Assembly (NCBI RefSeq): GCF_963921235.1
Contig: NC_086097.1
Coordinates: 169,944,001-170,008,000 of the forward strand
Reading direction: 5' to 3'
DNA: 64,000 nt
Source: Mobula hypostoma
Lineage: Eukaryota
In this document: positions 1-12,509 of the stretch, one piece after another
Numbering within the stretch: position 1 is the first letter of the stretch
Layout: each line of letters starts with the position of its first letter
Position numbers and translations under genes: made by a program
Notes under the pieces: model-generated
Told to the model about the DNA's origin: nothing
Databases searched by the model: none
The model's input: the letters and a program-made list of their open reading frames with translations, nothing else

Positions 1-200
1 TGCTGGAAATCCAGAGCAACACACAGAAAATGCTGGAGGAACTCAGCAGGCCAGGCAGCATCCATGGAAAAGAGTACAGTTGATGTTTCAGGCTGAGACC
101 CTTCTGTCCTGCTGAAGGGTCTCAGCACAAAACATTGACTACTCCATTCCGTAGATGCTGCCTGGCCTGCTGAGTTCCTCCAGCGTTTTGTGAGTGTTAC
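1..200. mobile_element. Penelope-derived fold-back (palindromic) mini-element, left end cut by window edge
   Basis: Inverted arms tgctggaggaactcagcaggccaggcagcatc...gagacccttc / gaagggtctc...gatgctgcctggcctgctgagttcctccagc with axis near 109; arms resemble the termini of the Penelope-like element at 29141-31189. Confidence 0.8.
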
Positions 201-289
201 TTCCATTCATAAAGAGTTGTTTGTTTTTATTCAACATTTCCATGATCAATTTTTACTATGTTGACATTTTATTTTAGTATTATTAAATT

Positions 290-395
290 ATTTGAACTTA
301 ATTCCCTAGATGCCATGGTGGGATTGGAACTCATGTCTCCAGATCAATAGCCCAGGCCCGCAGACAATATTTCAGTGTCATAATCATTATGCTCT
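290..395 (-). mobile_element. Old tRNA-derived SINE head fragment
   Basis: Minus strand carries a B-box-like gagttccaatccc in a tRNA-like context; degraded. Confidence 0.4.
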
Positions 396-1199
396 CATAT
401 CCCAAGCATAAGTAGCAGAAAATGAATTGCATGGATGCTACGTTATGAAGGTGACGAAACAGAATGGAGAAAGGATAATAAGGATATTTATACTGGACAA
501 TAAAACGAGAGAAAACTTGCCTAGTCGTATATGGTAGCATGGATCAGTTGGGCCGAATGGCCTTTTGCCTGGCTGTACATGTTGTGTGATGGACAGCATG
601 CAATTGCAGGAGGAGGGTTGCTGAGAAGCACAAATGGTTTCCACAAATGGAAATGGTTCACCTGCCCTTTCAACTACATGCAATGACAAATGATAAAGTG
701 CATGGGAGGTGTACGGGGGGTAGGGGGGAAGGATTCGCTGGTACTCAGGTGTAAACCTCATACACGTGGGCACATATAATTCAGGTCATCCATCATTTTT
801 TTTGATAAATGTCCTTGAGTTGATTTTGACCACAAGTCAGAAAATACACAAATATCACCTGATATGGTACCTGTTACACTGTTGCAATAAATAGTTATCA
901 AAAGCACATAAGACTGATAAGAACAATTACTAAAAGTGAACAGAGAAGAAGCTCACTCCGTTACTCGTAGGAATGAATGTATGTGTGGAAGTTAGACTTT
1001 TGAATTGAAGTCGTAGATTTATACAGCACAGAAATGGCCCTTTGATCCAACTCATCCATGCCAACTAAGTTGTCTATCTGAACTAGTCCCAGTTGGCCTA
1101 TATTTCTCCATACCTTTCCTATCCATTATTTGTCCCAAGGTCTTTCAATTGTATTCACCTCTACCACTTCCACTAGTAGCTTGTTCCATAGTAAATAGG

Positions 1200-1960
1200 T
1201 GATTTTTAAACGATGCCCCATAGAAAGTACTCCATCTGGATGTATAATGGCTTGGTAATTCTGCTCTGCACATGACTACAAGAAACTGCAGAGGGCTGTG
1301 GACAGAGCTCAGCGCGTCACAGGAAACAGCCTCCCCTTAATGGACCCTGCCTATACTTCTCACTGCCTCAGTAAAGCAGCCAGAATAATCAACGACTCCA
1401 CCCACCCAGATATTCTGTCTTCTGCCCTTTCTCATTGGGCAGACTCAAGGACAGCTTCTATCCTACTTTTAACTTTTATTTTTACTTTTATCTGTCGAAT
1501 GCTCTGTTACATACTCCGGTGGAGGCGAAGTCCGTATGTGTATTTAAGGTGGAAGTTGATAGTTTCCTGATCAGTCAGGGCATCAAAGGATATGGTGAGA
1601 AGGCAGGTGCATGGGGTTGAGTGGGTTCTGGGATCTGGGATCAGCCATGATGGAATGACGGAGCCGACTCCATGGGCTGAATGGCCTAATTCTGCTCCTG
1701 TGTCTTATGGTCTTATCGGACTCTTGAAAGAACCTCATAGGATATTACCGACATGGCCTCACAATCTAACTTGTTATGATCTTGCACTTCAAAATTTACC
1801 TGCACTGCACCTTGTTGGTAGTTTTTAAACTTTAGTAGTTTAAAAAGTTTTTAAACTCTACATTGTAATTGTTTTAATTTATTCAAGCTCAGTGCACTGT
1901 ATAATGATTAGTGCAAGAAAAGTTTTTCACTTTATCCTGGTGCATGTGACAAAAATAAAC
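1200..1960 (+). mobile_element. Rex1/Babar-type LINE 3' fragment, interrupted by a CR1 3' end
   Basis: Degenerate ESILSGCITAWYG...KKLQRVV...KAARIIND..HP coding remnant (ORF 1298-1570) and 3' UTR ending gtgacaaaaataaacca. Confidence 0.7.
1505..1716 (+). mobile_element. CR1 LINE 3' end nested in Rex1 fragment
   Basis: VEAKSVCVFKVEVDSFLISQGIKGYGEKAG ORF2 C-terminus followed by CR1 3' UTR and gtcttatggtcttat tail. Confidence 0.8.
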
Positions 1961-2299
1961 CAACACCTCTGTATTGTGATAGAGTGGAGAGGCACCAAGG
2001 CTGGGGAAAGTAAGGAGACAACATAAATCAGGAAATAGGAACCTTGAGTTGTGAAGCCCTTGGAGGTTGTGGGAAGAAGGGCAGAATGCAGGAGATAAAG
2101 GGTCACATGAAATGGTGCTGGCAGCAGACTGAAGGATGGGTTCAGATTGCAACACAGCCGTGACGCATGTGGAGAAATGTTGTGGAGGCTAACAGCACCA
2201 GGGTTTGTTTTCAGAGCACAAGTACTCACATTAGTTTTCAGGGGATGGGATGGGGTGTTGGTAGAGCAGTGGGCTATTGTTTATTAACATGTAAAGTCC

Positions 2300-2590
2300 T
2301 TTTCTCATGGCTGGGGAATCACAAACTAGAGGACATAGATTTAGGGTGAGAGGGGAAAGATGTTCCAAGGGGTGACATTTTCCCCAGACGACGGCCCTCA
2401 TGTGGACTCAGCTGCCGGAGGAAATGGTGGGAGCACAGACATTAATGTTTACTATATAGTTGGAAAGGTAGTTAGATAAGAAATGCTTAGAGGGACATGG
2501 ACCAAACATGGGCAAGTGGGATGAGCTTAGATGGAAACCTTGGTTGCTATGGACCTGTTAGGTTCATTTTAGTGTTGTATGACTCTTGAT
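2300..2590 (+). mobile_element. CR1 LINE 3' fragment
   Basis: ctagaggacatagatttagggtgagagggg...gtgttgtatgactct, a typical CR1 ORF2 end and 3' UTR. Confidence 0.65.
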
Positions 2591-3257
2591 CCAACATGGA
2601 CCACTTACAAATGAAAATGTGATATCCAAGTAAAAAAAGGCAACATTCTGATTTTGAAGTCAATACTCTGAATTTAAAGCAAGTAGGATTTGCCCAGCTG
2701 ATCATAATTCTGCTCCTCCAGTCAAGAGTATTTGTGGTCACTGTTGTAATGTAGGGGAGATGGCAGCCAGGCAGGGCACAGCAACTCTCAGAAACAGCAA
2801 TGAGTTTAATGATCTGTTTTGCTGGAGGGCGGTTACTGGCTAGGCTGTTGGTGAGAAGTCCCATGCTGGTTTTGGAAACAGAGCCATGGGGTCTTTTACA
2901 TGCTCTAATAGGCAGGCTGGACCTTAGTCTGCTGTCCCACGGCGTTGTCCCTTTCAACATAAGGGTTCCTTTTGGAAAGCGCTTATAGTTCCCTTAACTA
3001 AAAAAACCTGAACACCAAGTGTTCATATGCACTCAGCCAAATTCTAATCTAAACATTTAAAGTCCAAAGTAAATTTATTATCAAAGCACGTATATGTCAC
3101 CATATACAATCCTGAGACGCATTTTCTTCCAGGCACTCACAGTAAAAACAAAGAAATACAATAGAATCAATAAAGACCGCACCCATCAAGACAAACAACC
3201 AACGTGCAAAAGTCAACAGACTGTGCAAATACACAAATAATAATAATAATTTAACCA

Positions 3258-3800
3258 GAGGATCTGAGTTATAAGGAAAGATTGAATAGGTTAGAACCTT
3301 ATTCCTAAAACATAGAACATTGAGGGGAACGCAGCAGGCCAGGCAGCATCTGATGTTCACCAGCAACTTTTATGTGTGTTGCTTGAAATTCCAGCATCTG
3401 CAGATTTCCTCGTGTTTGCGAGATTGAAGGGAGATTTGATAGAGGTATACAAAATTATGAGGGGTCTCGATAGGGTAAATGCAAGCAGGCTTTTTCCATT
3501 GAGGTTGGGTGAGACTACAACTAGTGGTCATAGGTTAAGGGTGAAAGGTAAAATGTTTAAGGGGAACATGAGGGGAAACTTCTTCACAGTGGATAGTGAG
3601 AGTGTGGAATGAGCTGCCAACTCAAGTGGTGGATGCCAGCTCGATTTCAATGATTAAGAGAAGTTTAGATGGATACATGGATGGGAGGGGTATGGAGAGC
3701 TATGGTCTGGTGCAGGTCCATGGGATTAGGCAGTTTAAATGGTTCAGCATGGACTATATGGACCGAATGGCCAGTTTGTGCTTTAGTTTTCTATGACTCC
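3258..3800 (+). mobile_element. CR1 LINE 3' fragment inserted in a minus-strand Rex1 3' UTR (about 3055-3870)
   Basis: ORFs 3376-3612 and 3596-3796: RLKGDLIEVYKIMRGLDRV...GNFFT...VWNELP; tail ttctatgactc. Confidence 0.8.
3328..3419. mobile_element. Collapsed Penelope-derived fold-back remnant inserted in CR1
   Basis: gaacgcagcaggccaggcagcatc joined to gttcaccagcaacttttatgtgtgttgcttgaaattccagcatctgcag, the two opposite Penelope termini. Confidence 0.7.
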
Positions 3801-4880
3801 AACAACAAATCAGCAATAAGTACCAAAAACATGAGATGAAGGGTCCTTGAAAGTGAGTCGGTAGGTTAGAAGTGGGAGGATCTCCGTCCCAGAGAGAATG
3901 GCAAGGAGAAAAGTAACATACCGAGCCTTTCCATAAACAGAGAAATATCGCGACAAGTTTAGAGCTGACAGAAGATAAAGGATTACCAGTCAGCGAGGAT
4001 TTGCACTGATCAGACTGGTATTGAAAAAGCTCAGTGACGAAATCAGTCCTCAACGTTGAGAGTGCGCTTTATAGCAACTGCCTCAGAGCACAACTGGTGC
4101 GTCTCTATTACTGAATCTCTCGAAAGTTCCTCAAACTCAGTAAAACAGGAACAAAACTCAGTACCTTGCATTGCTTTGCGGAAGTCCTCTCGTTCTTTAT
4201 CTGAATCCATCGGCGATGATTTTTGCCAAGATAAGTTTTAAGCGCCAAGACGTAATTCCTCGGGACTCCGTACACCAGCCTGGGTCAATAACAATGAACA
4301 GGCTGACAGTGAAATAAATGATGACGCTTCGTGCAATGTGAAAATGATAAGAGCGGAAAAGCTATGTAAACAGCCTCTCCATGGGGGCTCTGTAGACCTT
4401 GTGATTTTACGTCCTTCCCATTCTCGTCGACAAGAGTCAATAAATCAGCCATGGGACCACAGCTCCCGGATCCCATTGCCTTTTCATTCACAATGATTTT
4501 ACAGGAAAATAGTTAAGTACTTTTCTGATCAACTAGCTACTTTGGAAGTTCATGGCCACCGACCCCTTCAGGTGCCGTCTGTCTCTCTGGTCAAGGTGTT
4601 GGCCGAAACTCTGGGGTCAAAATTTGTCTGCGGTTTTCGTGCAATAATAGGACGGTGAGACTGAAAGTGCGTGCATGTGGCTTGCGTTGCACTGGTATCC
4701 ACAATCACTGTTCAGACCGACCGTTTAATATGTGTGATTAATTGTAGAATCACTGTTAAAATCGCTGAAGAAAAAGTCTGCTTCCTTTCAATTGCCTTAC
4801 CTGAGATAGCAAACATGCTCAGAACAACACACAGGAAATACATGCTGTTCTTAAAGGAGAAGTGTACTGAAATAACTCCA

Positions 4881-6148
4881 TAAGACCACATGACATAGGA
4901 ACAGGGTCAGGCCATTTGGTCCATTGAGTCTGCTCTGCCACTCAATCATGGTTAATCCCTTTTTTCCCCTCCCCAGCGCCACTTCCTGGCCTGGACTCTG
5001 TAGCTGCCTGTGGTAATAAATTCCACAAATTCACCACCTTCTGGCTAAAGAAATTTCTTCGCATCTCTGTTTTAAGTGGGCGCCCCTCTATCCTGGGCTT
5101 ATGCCCTCTTGTCCTAGACTCCCCCATCATGGGAAATATACTTTTCACAGCTACTCTGTCTAGGTCTTTCAACATTTGAATGGTTTCAATGAGCAACCTT
5201 CTAAAGACCAGCGAGTATAGACCCAGAGCTATCAAACTTTCCTTGTATGATAACCCTTACATTCTGGAATCATCCTTCTGAATCTCCTCTGGACCCTCTC
5301 CAATGCCAGCACATCTTTTTTTAGATGTGGAGCCCAAAACTGTTCACAATACTCAAGGTGAGGCCTCACCAGTGCCTTATAAAGCCTCAGCAGCACATCC
5401 CTGCTCTTGTATGCTGGACCTCTTGAATTGATTGCTACCATTGCATTTGTCTTCCTCACCACCGACCTGACCTGCAAGTTATCCTTTGGGGTGTTCTGCA
5501 TAAGGATTCCCATCCCAAGTCCCTTTGCATCTCAGATTTTTGGATTTTATCCCCATTTAGAAAATAGTCCGCACATTTATTTCTTCTACCATGAAGTGCA
5601 TGACCTTGCATTTTCTAACATTGTATTTCATTTGCCACTCTCTTGCCCATTCTGCTAATCTGTCTAAGTCCTTCTGCAGCCTACATCTTTCCTCAACACT
5701 AACTGCCCCTCCACCAATCTTCGTATTATCTGCAAATTTGGCAACAAAGTCATCTATTCCATCATCTAAATCATTGATATACAGCATAAAAAGAAATGGT
5801 CCTAACACCAACCCCTGTGGAACACCACTAGTCACTGGTGGCCAGCCAGAAAAGGATCCTTTTATTCCAACTCGCTGCCTCCTACCAATCAGCCAATGCT
5901 CTAATCATGGCAGTAACTTTCCTGTAATACCATGATAGGCAGCATCATGTGTGGCACTTTGTCAAAGGCCTTCTGAAAGTCTAAATGTACAACATCTTCT
6001 GAATCCCCTTTATCTATCCTACTTGTAATCTCCTCAAAGAATTCCAACAGGTTCATCAGGCAGGATTTTCCCTGTAGGAAACCATGTTGACTTTGTCCTA
6101 TCTTGTCCTTTGTCACCAAGTACTCCATCACCTCATCCTTAGCAATTA
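4881..6148 (-). mobile_element. CR1 LINE, 5'-truncated, frameshifted RT
   Basis: ORFs 5901-6131 (SQHGFLQGKSC...LDFQKAFDKVPH), 5557-5835 (SGVPQG...FADNTKIGG), 5232-5513 (LYKALVRPHLEYC), 4942-5235. Confidence 0.92.
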
Positions 6149-6389
6149 ATGTAATTGGATGACATCAGATCCACCCTCCCATTCCTAACCAATTTAGTCT
6201 CCTTTGACAGTGCGTCTGGATTGATGATCACTTGTTTCTACTCTGATTTTGTGGGATCTGAGGTGAATGATAAGAGGTCATAGAGTCATAGAACCTACAG
6301 CACAGAAACAGGCCCTTCAGCCCATTTAGCCACTGCTGAACTATAATTCTGCTTAGTCCCATTAACCTGCACCTGGACAGTAGCCCTCC

Positions 6390-7380
6390 ATAATGGTGGA
6401 TCTATATGCTTGTGGGCAGGTTTTCTAGAACTCTCAGGAAGGGCTAAAACTAATTTGGCAAGGGGATGGGAACCAGAGTGATAGGGCCGAGGATGGGGCA
6501 ATTGGTATACAAACAGATGCAGTGTGAGTGAGACTGTGAGGAAGGACGTGCAGATGATAGGGCAAAATTGCAGTTAGTGGTATGACATGAAGTATAACAT
6601 GCAAGGAAAATCAAAAAGGATGATGAATTCAGGACTGAAATGATGCATTTGAATGCATGCAGTATATTGAATAAGGTAAATGATCATTTAGTGCAGTTAG
6701 AGATTGACAGGTATGGTGTTATGGGCATCACTGAGTCATGGCTGAAAGAAGTTTGTACTTGGGAGCTGAATATCCAAAGATACATGTTGTATCAAAAGAA
6801 TAGGCAGGGAGGCAGAGGGGTTGAGATGGTTCTGTAGGTAACAAGTGAAATCAAATCCTTAGCAAGAAGTAACATGGGATCAGAAGATGTAGAATCCTTT
6901 TGGGTATGGTCGAGAAACAGCAAGGCCATGAAAGGGTAAAAAGACCTTGATGGGAGTTATATACAGGCCTCCAAACAGTAGTCAGAATGTGGAATATAAA
7001 TTAGAATGGGAGATAGAAAAGGCATGTAAAAAGGGCAATGTTACGATCCTCATGGCAGATTTCAGTATGTAGGTAGATTGGGAAAATTAGGTTGTAGCTG
7101 GATCCTAAGTGAGGGAATTTGTAGAGTGTTTATTAGTTGGCTTTTTAGGGGAGCTTGTGGAAAGGCAATTCTGGATTGGGTGCAATGAAACAGATTTGTT
7201 TAGGGAACTTAAGGTAAGGGAAACCTTAGGAGTTAGTGATCATAATGTGATAGAATTCACCCTGTAGTTTGAGAAGGAGAAGCTAAAATTGAATGATTTG
7301 GTATTACGGTGGAATAAACAGAATTACAGATGCATAAGGGAGGAGCTGGCCTGGATAATGGCGGAACAGCAGTGGCTGGA
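6390..7380 (+). mobile_element. CR1 LINE internal fragment: ORF1 end and APE endonuclease region
   Basis: ORF 6640-6837 HLNACSILNKV...GITESWL (AP-endonuclease N-terminus); downstream degenerate YRPP, GDF and SDH motifs. Confidence 0.8.
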
Positions 7381-7534
7381 GATTGTGAGGGCACATTGAT
7401 CCTTCCAGTGAACTTGGAACTTTATATGCTACCTTTCAGTGCTTATTATCCGGGTCTCAGAAGCACATGGGATGGTAGACTGCTTCCTTATAGACCATGT
7501 TTGGTGCCAAGTTTGAACTCGTAATGTCCTACTG

Positions 7535-7905
7535 CAGGATTCCTAAATGGTTAACTTGCAGGTTGAGGTGGTAGCAAGGGAAGTAGTAAATGCAATATTA
7601 GCATTTATTTTGAGAGGACTAGAACGTAAATGCAAAGATGTCATGCTGGGGCTTCAGTAGGCATTGGTCAGATTACAGTGAGCAGTTTCAAGTCCTGTAT
7701 CTAAGAAAGGATGTGCTGGCACTGGAGAGGATCCAGAGGAGGTTCACAAGAATGATTATGGGAACGAAAGGGTTAATGGATGAGGATGTCAAAGGTTACA
7801 GGGAGTAGGCAAGAGAATAGTATTGAGTTGGAAAATAAATCAGCCATGATGGAATGGTAAAGGAGGTTCGATGAATCTACTTCAGTATATTATAGTCTTA
7901 TGTTC
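7535..7905 (+). mobile_element. CR1 LINE 3' fragment
   Basis: gcattggtcagattac...aaggatgtgctggcactggagaggatccagaggaggttcacaagaatg and CR1-type 3' UTR. Confidence 0.7.
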
Positions 7906-8166
7906 AAACACCTGTTCTTCAGCCAAGCAAAGGCTGTCCTGATACACTGAAGGCAGTGAAGACTATTTACCTTCACTTGGAGGTATCTCCAGAGATACAG
8001 GTAGTCCAGATTTTGCAGGGTCTTGATATGAACTTTTATAGTCAGGATGCAGTGGGCTGAGGTCTTTCTGTTGTAGATATTGAATGTAAGTCATGTCTTA
8101 TTTTTGGCTGAAGTGAACCAATATTTCAGAAACAGAATAAGAATTAGGTTTATTGCCACTAACATA

Positions 8167-10155
8167 CAGTGTCCACTTTATTAGGTACACTTGTGGTGGA
8201 AACTCAGTGTATTAAAGCATGAAGTCATGGGTAAGAGATTCTGTTGTTGTTCAGACCAACCATCAGTATGGGGAAGAAATGTGATCTAAATGACTTTGAC
8301 TGTGAAATGATTGTTGGTGTCAGATGGGGTGGTTTGAGTATTTCAGAAGCGGCTGACCTCCTGGGATTTTCATGCACAACAGTCTCTAGAATTTACAGAG
8401 AATGGTACAAAAAACAAAATCTACTGAGTGGAGTTCTCTGGGTGAAAATGCATTACCAATGAGAGAGATCAGAGGAGAATGGCCAGAGTGGTTCAAGCTG
8501 ACAGGAAGGTGACAGTAACGCAAATAGCCACGTGTTTCAACAGTTCAAAGTTCAAAGTTCAGAGTATATGTATTATTGTAGTACATATCTGTTAACATAT
8601 ACAACCTGGAGATTTGTTTTCTTGTGGACATGCACAGTAAATCCAAGAAACACAACTGAATCGATGAAAGACTGTACCCAACAGGACGGACAAACAACAA
8701 CTATGCGATAGACATCAAATTGGTGCAAGCATGAAAGAGATTAATAATAATAATAATAATAAAATAGTTAAGCAATAAGTATCAAGAACATGAGATTAAG
8801 CATCCTTGAAAGTGAGTCCATAGATTGTGGGAACAGTTCAGTGAAGTTAAGTGAAGGTATCCACCCTGGTTCAAGAACCTGATGGTTGAGGGGTAATAGC
8901 TGCTCCTGAACATCGTGGTGTGGGTCCTGTGGCTCCAGTACTTCCTACCTGATGGCAGCAGTGAGGAGGGAGTGTGACCTGGGTGGTGGGGGCAATAGAT
9001 AATGGATGCTTCTTTTCTGCAACAGTGCTCCACGTACATGTGCTCAATGGAGAGGAGGGCTCAATGATGGACTGGGCTGTATTCAGTACTTTCTGTAGGA
9101 TTTTCCATTTAAGGACATTGGTTTTTCCATAGCAGCCTGTGATGCAACCAGTCAATATACTCTGCACCACACATCTATGGAAGTTTGTGGAAGTTTTGGA
9201 AGCCATGCAAAAACCTTGCAAGCTTATAAGAATTAGAGGTGCTGCTGTGCTTTCTTTGTAATTGCACTTACATGCTGGGTCCAGGACAGACCCTCTGAAG
9301 TAACACCGAGGAGTTTAAAGTTGCCAAACCTCTTCACCTCTGATCCCCCCCAATGAGGATTGGCTCATGGTCCTCCAGTTTCCACCTCCTGAAGTTGATA
9401 ATCAGCTCCTTGTTCTTGCTGACATTGGGTAAGAGGTTGTTGTTGTGGACCCACTCAGCAGATTTTCAATCTTCTTCCAAAATGCTGATATGTCACCACC
9501 TTTGATTCAGCACTACAGAGAGTTTATCATGAAACACAGACCCCCATCTTTTGCCTTTTTCAAATGAGCAGTTCTGTGTATCGAGAAGCCCTCATGTCTG
9601 ATCTCCAAATCTGGTGTATTTGGAGTGAGCCATGTCTCCGTGAAACACAGAATGCAGCAATTCCTCATTTCCCTCCGATACAGCAATCTTGCCCTTTGAT
9701 CCTCAGTCTTGTACACCAGTGACTGTACACTTGCTAACATAATGCTGGGAAGATGAACTTCAGTTACTCGGCATTTCAGTCTGGCTTGCAGTCCTTCTGG
9801 CTATGGTGACGTACCTTCATCTGCTTAAAGATGTGTACCTGCATGCACAATCTTGTGAAGGACTTGGCAGTGTTAAGTCCTTCAGGAGATCTGAAATCAC
9901 TAGCTTATTGAGATGGCTGAAAGGTACGTTGTTTAAAGGGAAATTGAAGGCTGCAGAGAGTATAATTCAGAAGAGATATTTAGATATTTTGTAAGCAGCC
10001 CACAACACTTCACAGTGGTTCACTGATGCCCTTTTGGCTTTGGTATGCAGAAGAGTATCCCTGAATGCACAACACATTGAACCTTGAAGTGGATGGGCTA
10101 CAGCAGCAGAAGACCATGAATATCTACTCAGTGGCCACTATATTAGCTATAGAAG
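8167..10155 (+). mobile_element. Tc1-like DNA transposon remnant, split into 8167-8543 and 10041-10155 by a LINE insertion
   Basis: TA + TIR cagtgtccactttattaggtacac; ORF 8244-8462 MGKKCDLNDFDCEMIVG...LSISEAADLLGFSCTTVSRIYREW (Tc1 N-terminal HTH); sequence resumes tggtatgcagaagag at 10041. Confidence 0.85.
8544..10040 (-). mobile_element. Rex1/Babar-type LINE, internally deleted, retaining both ends
   Basis: ORF 9513-9740 LASVQSL...CCILCFTETWL (AP endonuclease); ORF 8871-9221 NFHRCVVQSILTGCITGCYG; (actttga)n tail at the 8544 end. Confidence 0.85.
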
Positions 10156-10169
10156 GTATGTGGAATTTT

Positions 10170-10620
10170 TTGTTTTATGGAATAGTACATAAAAATGACT
10201 ATAAGTTACAAAAAGGAATATATACAATAAATAAAAAGTTCAAAAAAGAGCAAAATAGTGAGGTAGTGTTTATGGGTTTATGGACAGTTCAGAAGTCTGA
10301 TGGTGGAGGGGAAGAAGCTGTTTCTGAATTGTCAAGTGTTGGTCTTTAGGTTCCTGTGCCTCCTCCCTGTTGGTTGTAATAAGAAGGCTTGTTCTGAATA
10401 GTGAGGGTCCTTAACGATGGATACTTTTTAAGATACTACATTTTATAGATTCCCCGATGGCGGGGAGGGTTTTGCCCATGATGGAGCCAGCTGAGTTTAC
10501 AATCCTCTGAAGCCTTTTTTGATTCTGTGCATTGGAGCCTCAATATCAGTATGTGATACAACCAGTCAGAATGTTCCCCAAGATACAGTATATCTTTAGA
10601 AACTTACCAGAATCTTGGAA
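10170..10620 (-). mobile_element. Rex1/Babar-type LINE 3' fragment
   Basis: Similar to other Rex1 copies here (tctgatggtggaggggaagaagctgtttctgaa; caaccagtcagaatg). Confidence 0.7.
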
Positions 10621-11279
10621 CACTGCCTTTGAATTAGTGCAGAACCACATCCTGTGTGAATACTGCAGCCCAGCTACTGTATGTCAGAATGACCTTAGTT
10701 CTGGAGCGTGGCCAATGCAGGTTGAACCCTTCTCCTTCAGCTCCACTCCCATGGGAAGTTTGAGAAGGGCAAGTTGAAACATTGCAGTGAGAAAGATTCA
10801 GAATCTTTGTTTGACTCCTCTTTCTTCCCATTTATCCTGTAATTTAAGTGCAAACTCTGCTAATGGACTCAATTACTATTTGCAATTCTTTCTCTGGAGT
10901 GATGTCATGGAATATATCGTATATTCAAAGGAGGCACTGGCAGAATTTGGAGGAGTCAGGCGTTAAGGGGGCCAGGAAGGAAAGATGATCTGTGTTCAGC
11001 TATGATCTTACCAAAGGGTTGAGCAAGCTGAGTTGTGTGTGTCCACCCACTCCTGGTTCTTTATGTACTGATGTTCTTCCTTCTTGGAGTAAGTTATTAA
11101 CGATCCTAAATATTTTGTATGATTCTGTGTCATAGAGTCACAAAACACTTAGTCTCAACAAACATCTACTGGAGGAACTCAGTGGGTTGAGCAGCATCTG
11201 TGGTGGGAGTTGAGGGGGTGGGTGGTGGTGGTGAAAGAATTGTTGATATTTTGGTCGAACCTTTACACTAGGACTTGAC

Positions 11280-11608
11280 CTGACAGAACATAAATGTGGC
11301 CTATGGCCCACTGAGTCCATATTGATTGTCAAGCACACATTTACAGTAATCCCATTTTATAGTATTGTCTCATTGTACACCTCTCAAATTCTATCACTCA
11401 GCTACACACTAGTAGCAATTTACTATGCCCAATTGATGAATAAACCAACGTGCTTTTGGGATGTGGAAGGAAACCGGAACAGTCAGAGGAAGCCCATGTG
11501 GTCACAAGGAGGGAAGGAGGACGTGCACAAACCACACTGCAGGTCAGGATTGAAGCCAGGCGACTGTGGCATAGAGACAGTCTACAAACTGCCCCACTCT
11601 GTTGCCCC
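11280..11608 (-). mobile_element. tRNA-derived V-domain SINE (HE1-like)
   Basis: V-core complement tgtggaaggaaaccggaacagtcagaggaagcccatgtggtcaca, B-box complement ggattgaagcc, LINE-like tail toward 11280. Confidence 0.7.
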
Positions 11609-11629
11609 TTTTACTACATTTCTTATAAT

Positions 11630-11930
11630 GCGTAGAAGGCCATTTAGCCCATCATTTCTATGTTGGCTCTCCCATCTGTCCCACTCCCCACTTATTTTCT
11701 CATGAACACCCCCTTTAATTCTCCTCCTGCCCAACTACACTAATGTGAATTTACAGCGGCTGCCGCAGGGCCACCCAACAAGTCAGAGATGTAGGAGGAA
11801 GGTGGGGCAGTGGAGGAAACCCAAATGGCTGCTGGGAGAATGTGAAAAACTGTGCCTCAGGTTAGGATCAAACCTGGGTCACTGGAGTTCTGAGGCAGCA
11901 ACACTAACTGTTTCAGCTCTGTGCCGCCCT
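11630..11930 (-). mobile_element. Second tRNA-derived V-domain SINE (HE1-like)
   Basis: tgtaggaggaaggtggggcagtggaggaaacccaaatgg core and B-box complement ggatcaaacc. Confidence 0.65.
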
Positions 11931-12509
11931 TTCTCATGAAGCTCACGTGAGAAGGTCACAGAATTGTTGCTTGAGGCCAGAGCTGAACATATTAGTAACA
12001 TCAGTCCGCCTATCTACAAATCAGCCCCCACACAAAATTTTTGCCAGAGCTAATGTTTTCTTGCATTCCCCATGGAACATTTTGGAGACAGTGGGAAAGA
12101 GCTGGGACAGCCAAAACCCTTCCCACAAATGCAAGGCTGCTTTGATATCTGTTTTTGGATTACAGCTTAAAACGTGGGAGGATTTTGTTCTTGAAGATGA
12201 GGGAGAGAGATCCTGTGCCATTATCCTCTGGCAGGAGAAACCTCTCTGCTACTAACATTTATCCTCAGGATGTAAAATGTTTCAGCCCATTGTGACTGTG
12301 CTGACCTTGATGCCAATTTTACTGATCCTATTTGCTTGCATATGGTCTTTAACCCTCTATTCCCTTGTTCATATATCTGTCTAAATGCCTTTTAAGAGCT
12401 GCTGCTACCATCTCCCCAGGAATGCATTCTAGACACCTACTACTCTCTGTGTTAAAAAAAGCACCTTGCCTCTCATATCTCTTTGAAACTTTCTCCTCTC
12501 AATTTCGGA

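Noticed and set aside
10608..10837. Minus-strand exon (ttacag acceptor to gtaagt donor)
   Set aside because: All three frames hit stops and the donor lies inside a Rex1 fragment
11520..11608. tRNA gene
   Set aside because: Degenerate tRNA-like head attached to a SINE body; no intact cloverleaf visible
11947..12255. 102-aa ORF in unique DNA
   Set aside because: Non-ATG start, weak splice signals, no recognisable domain
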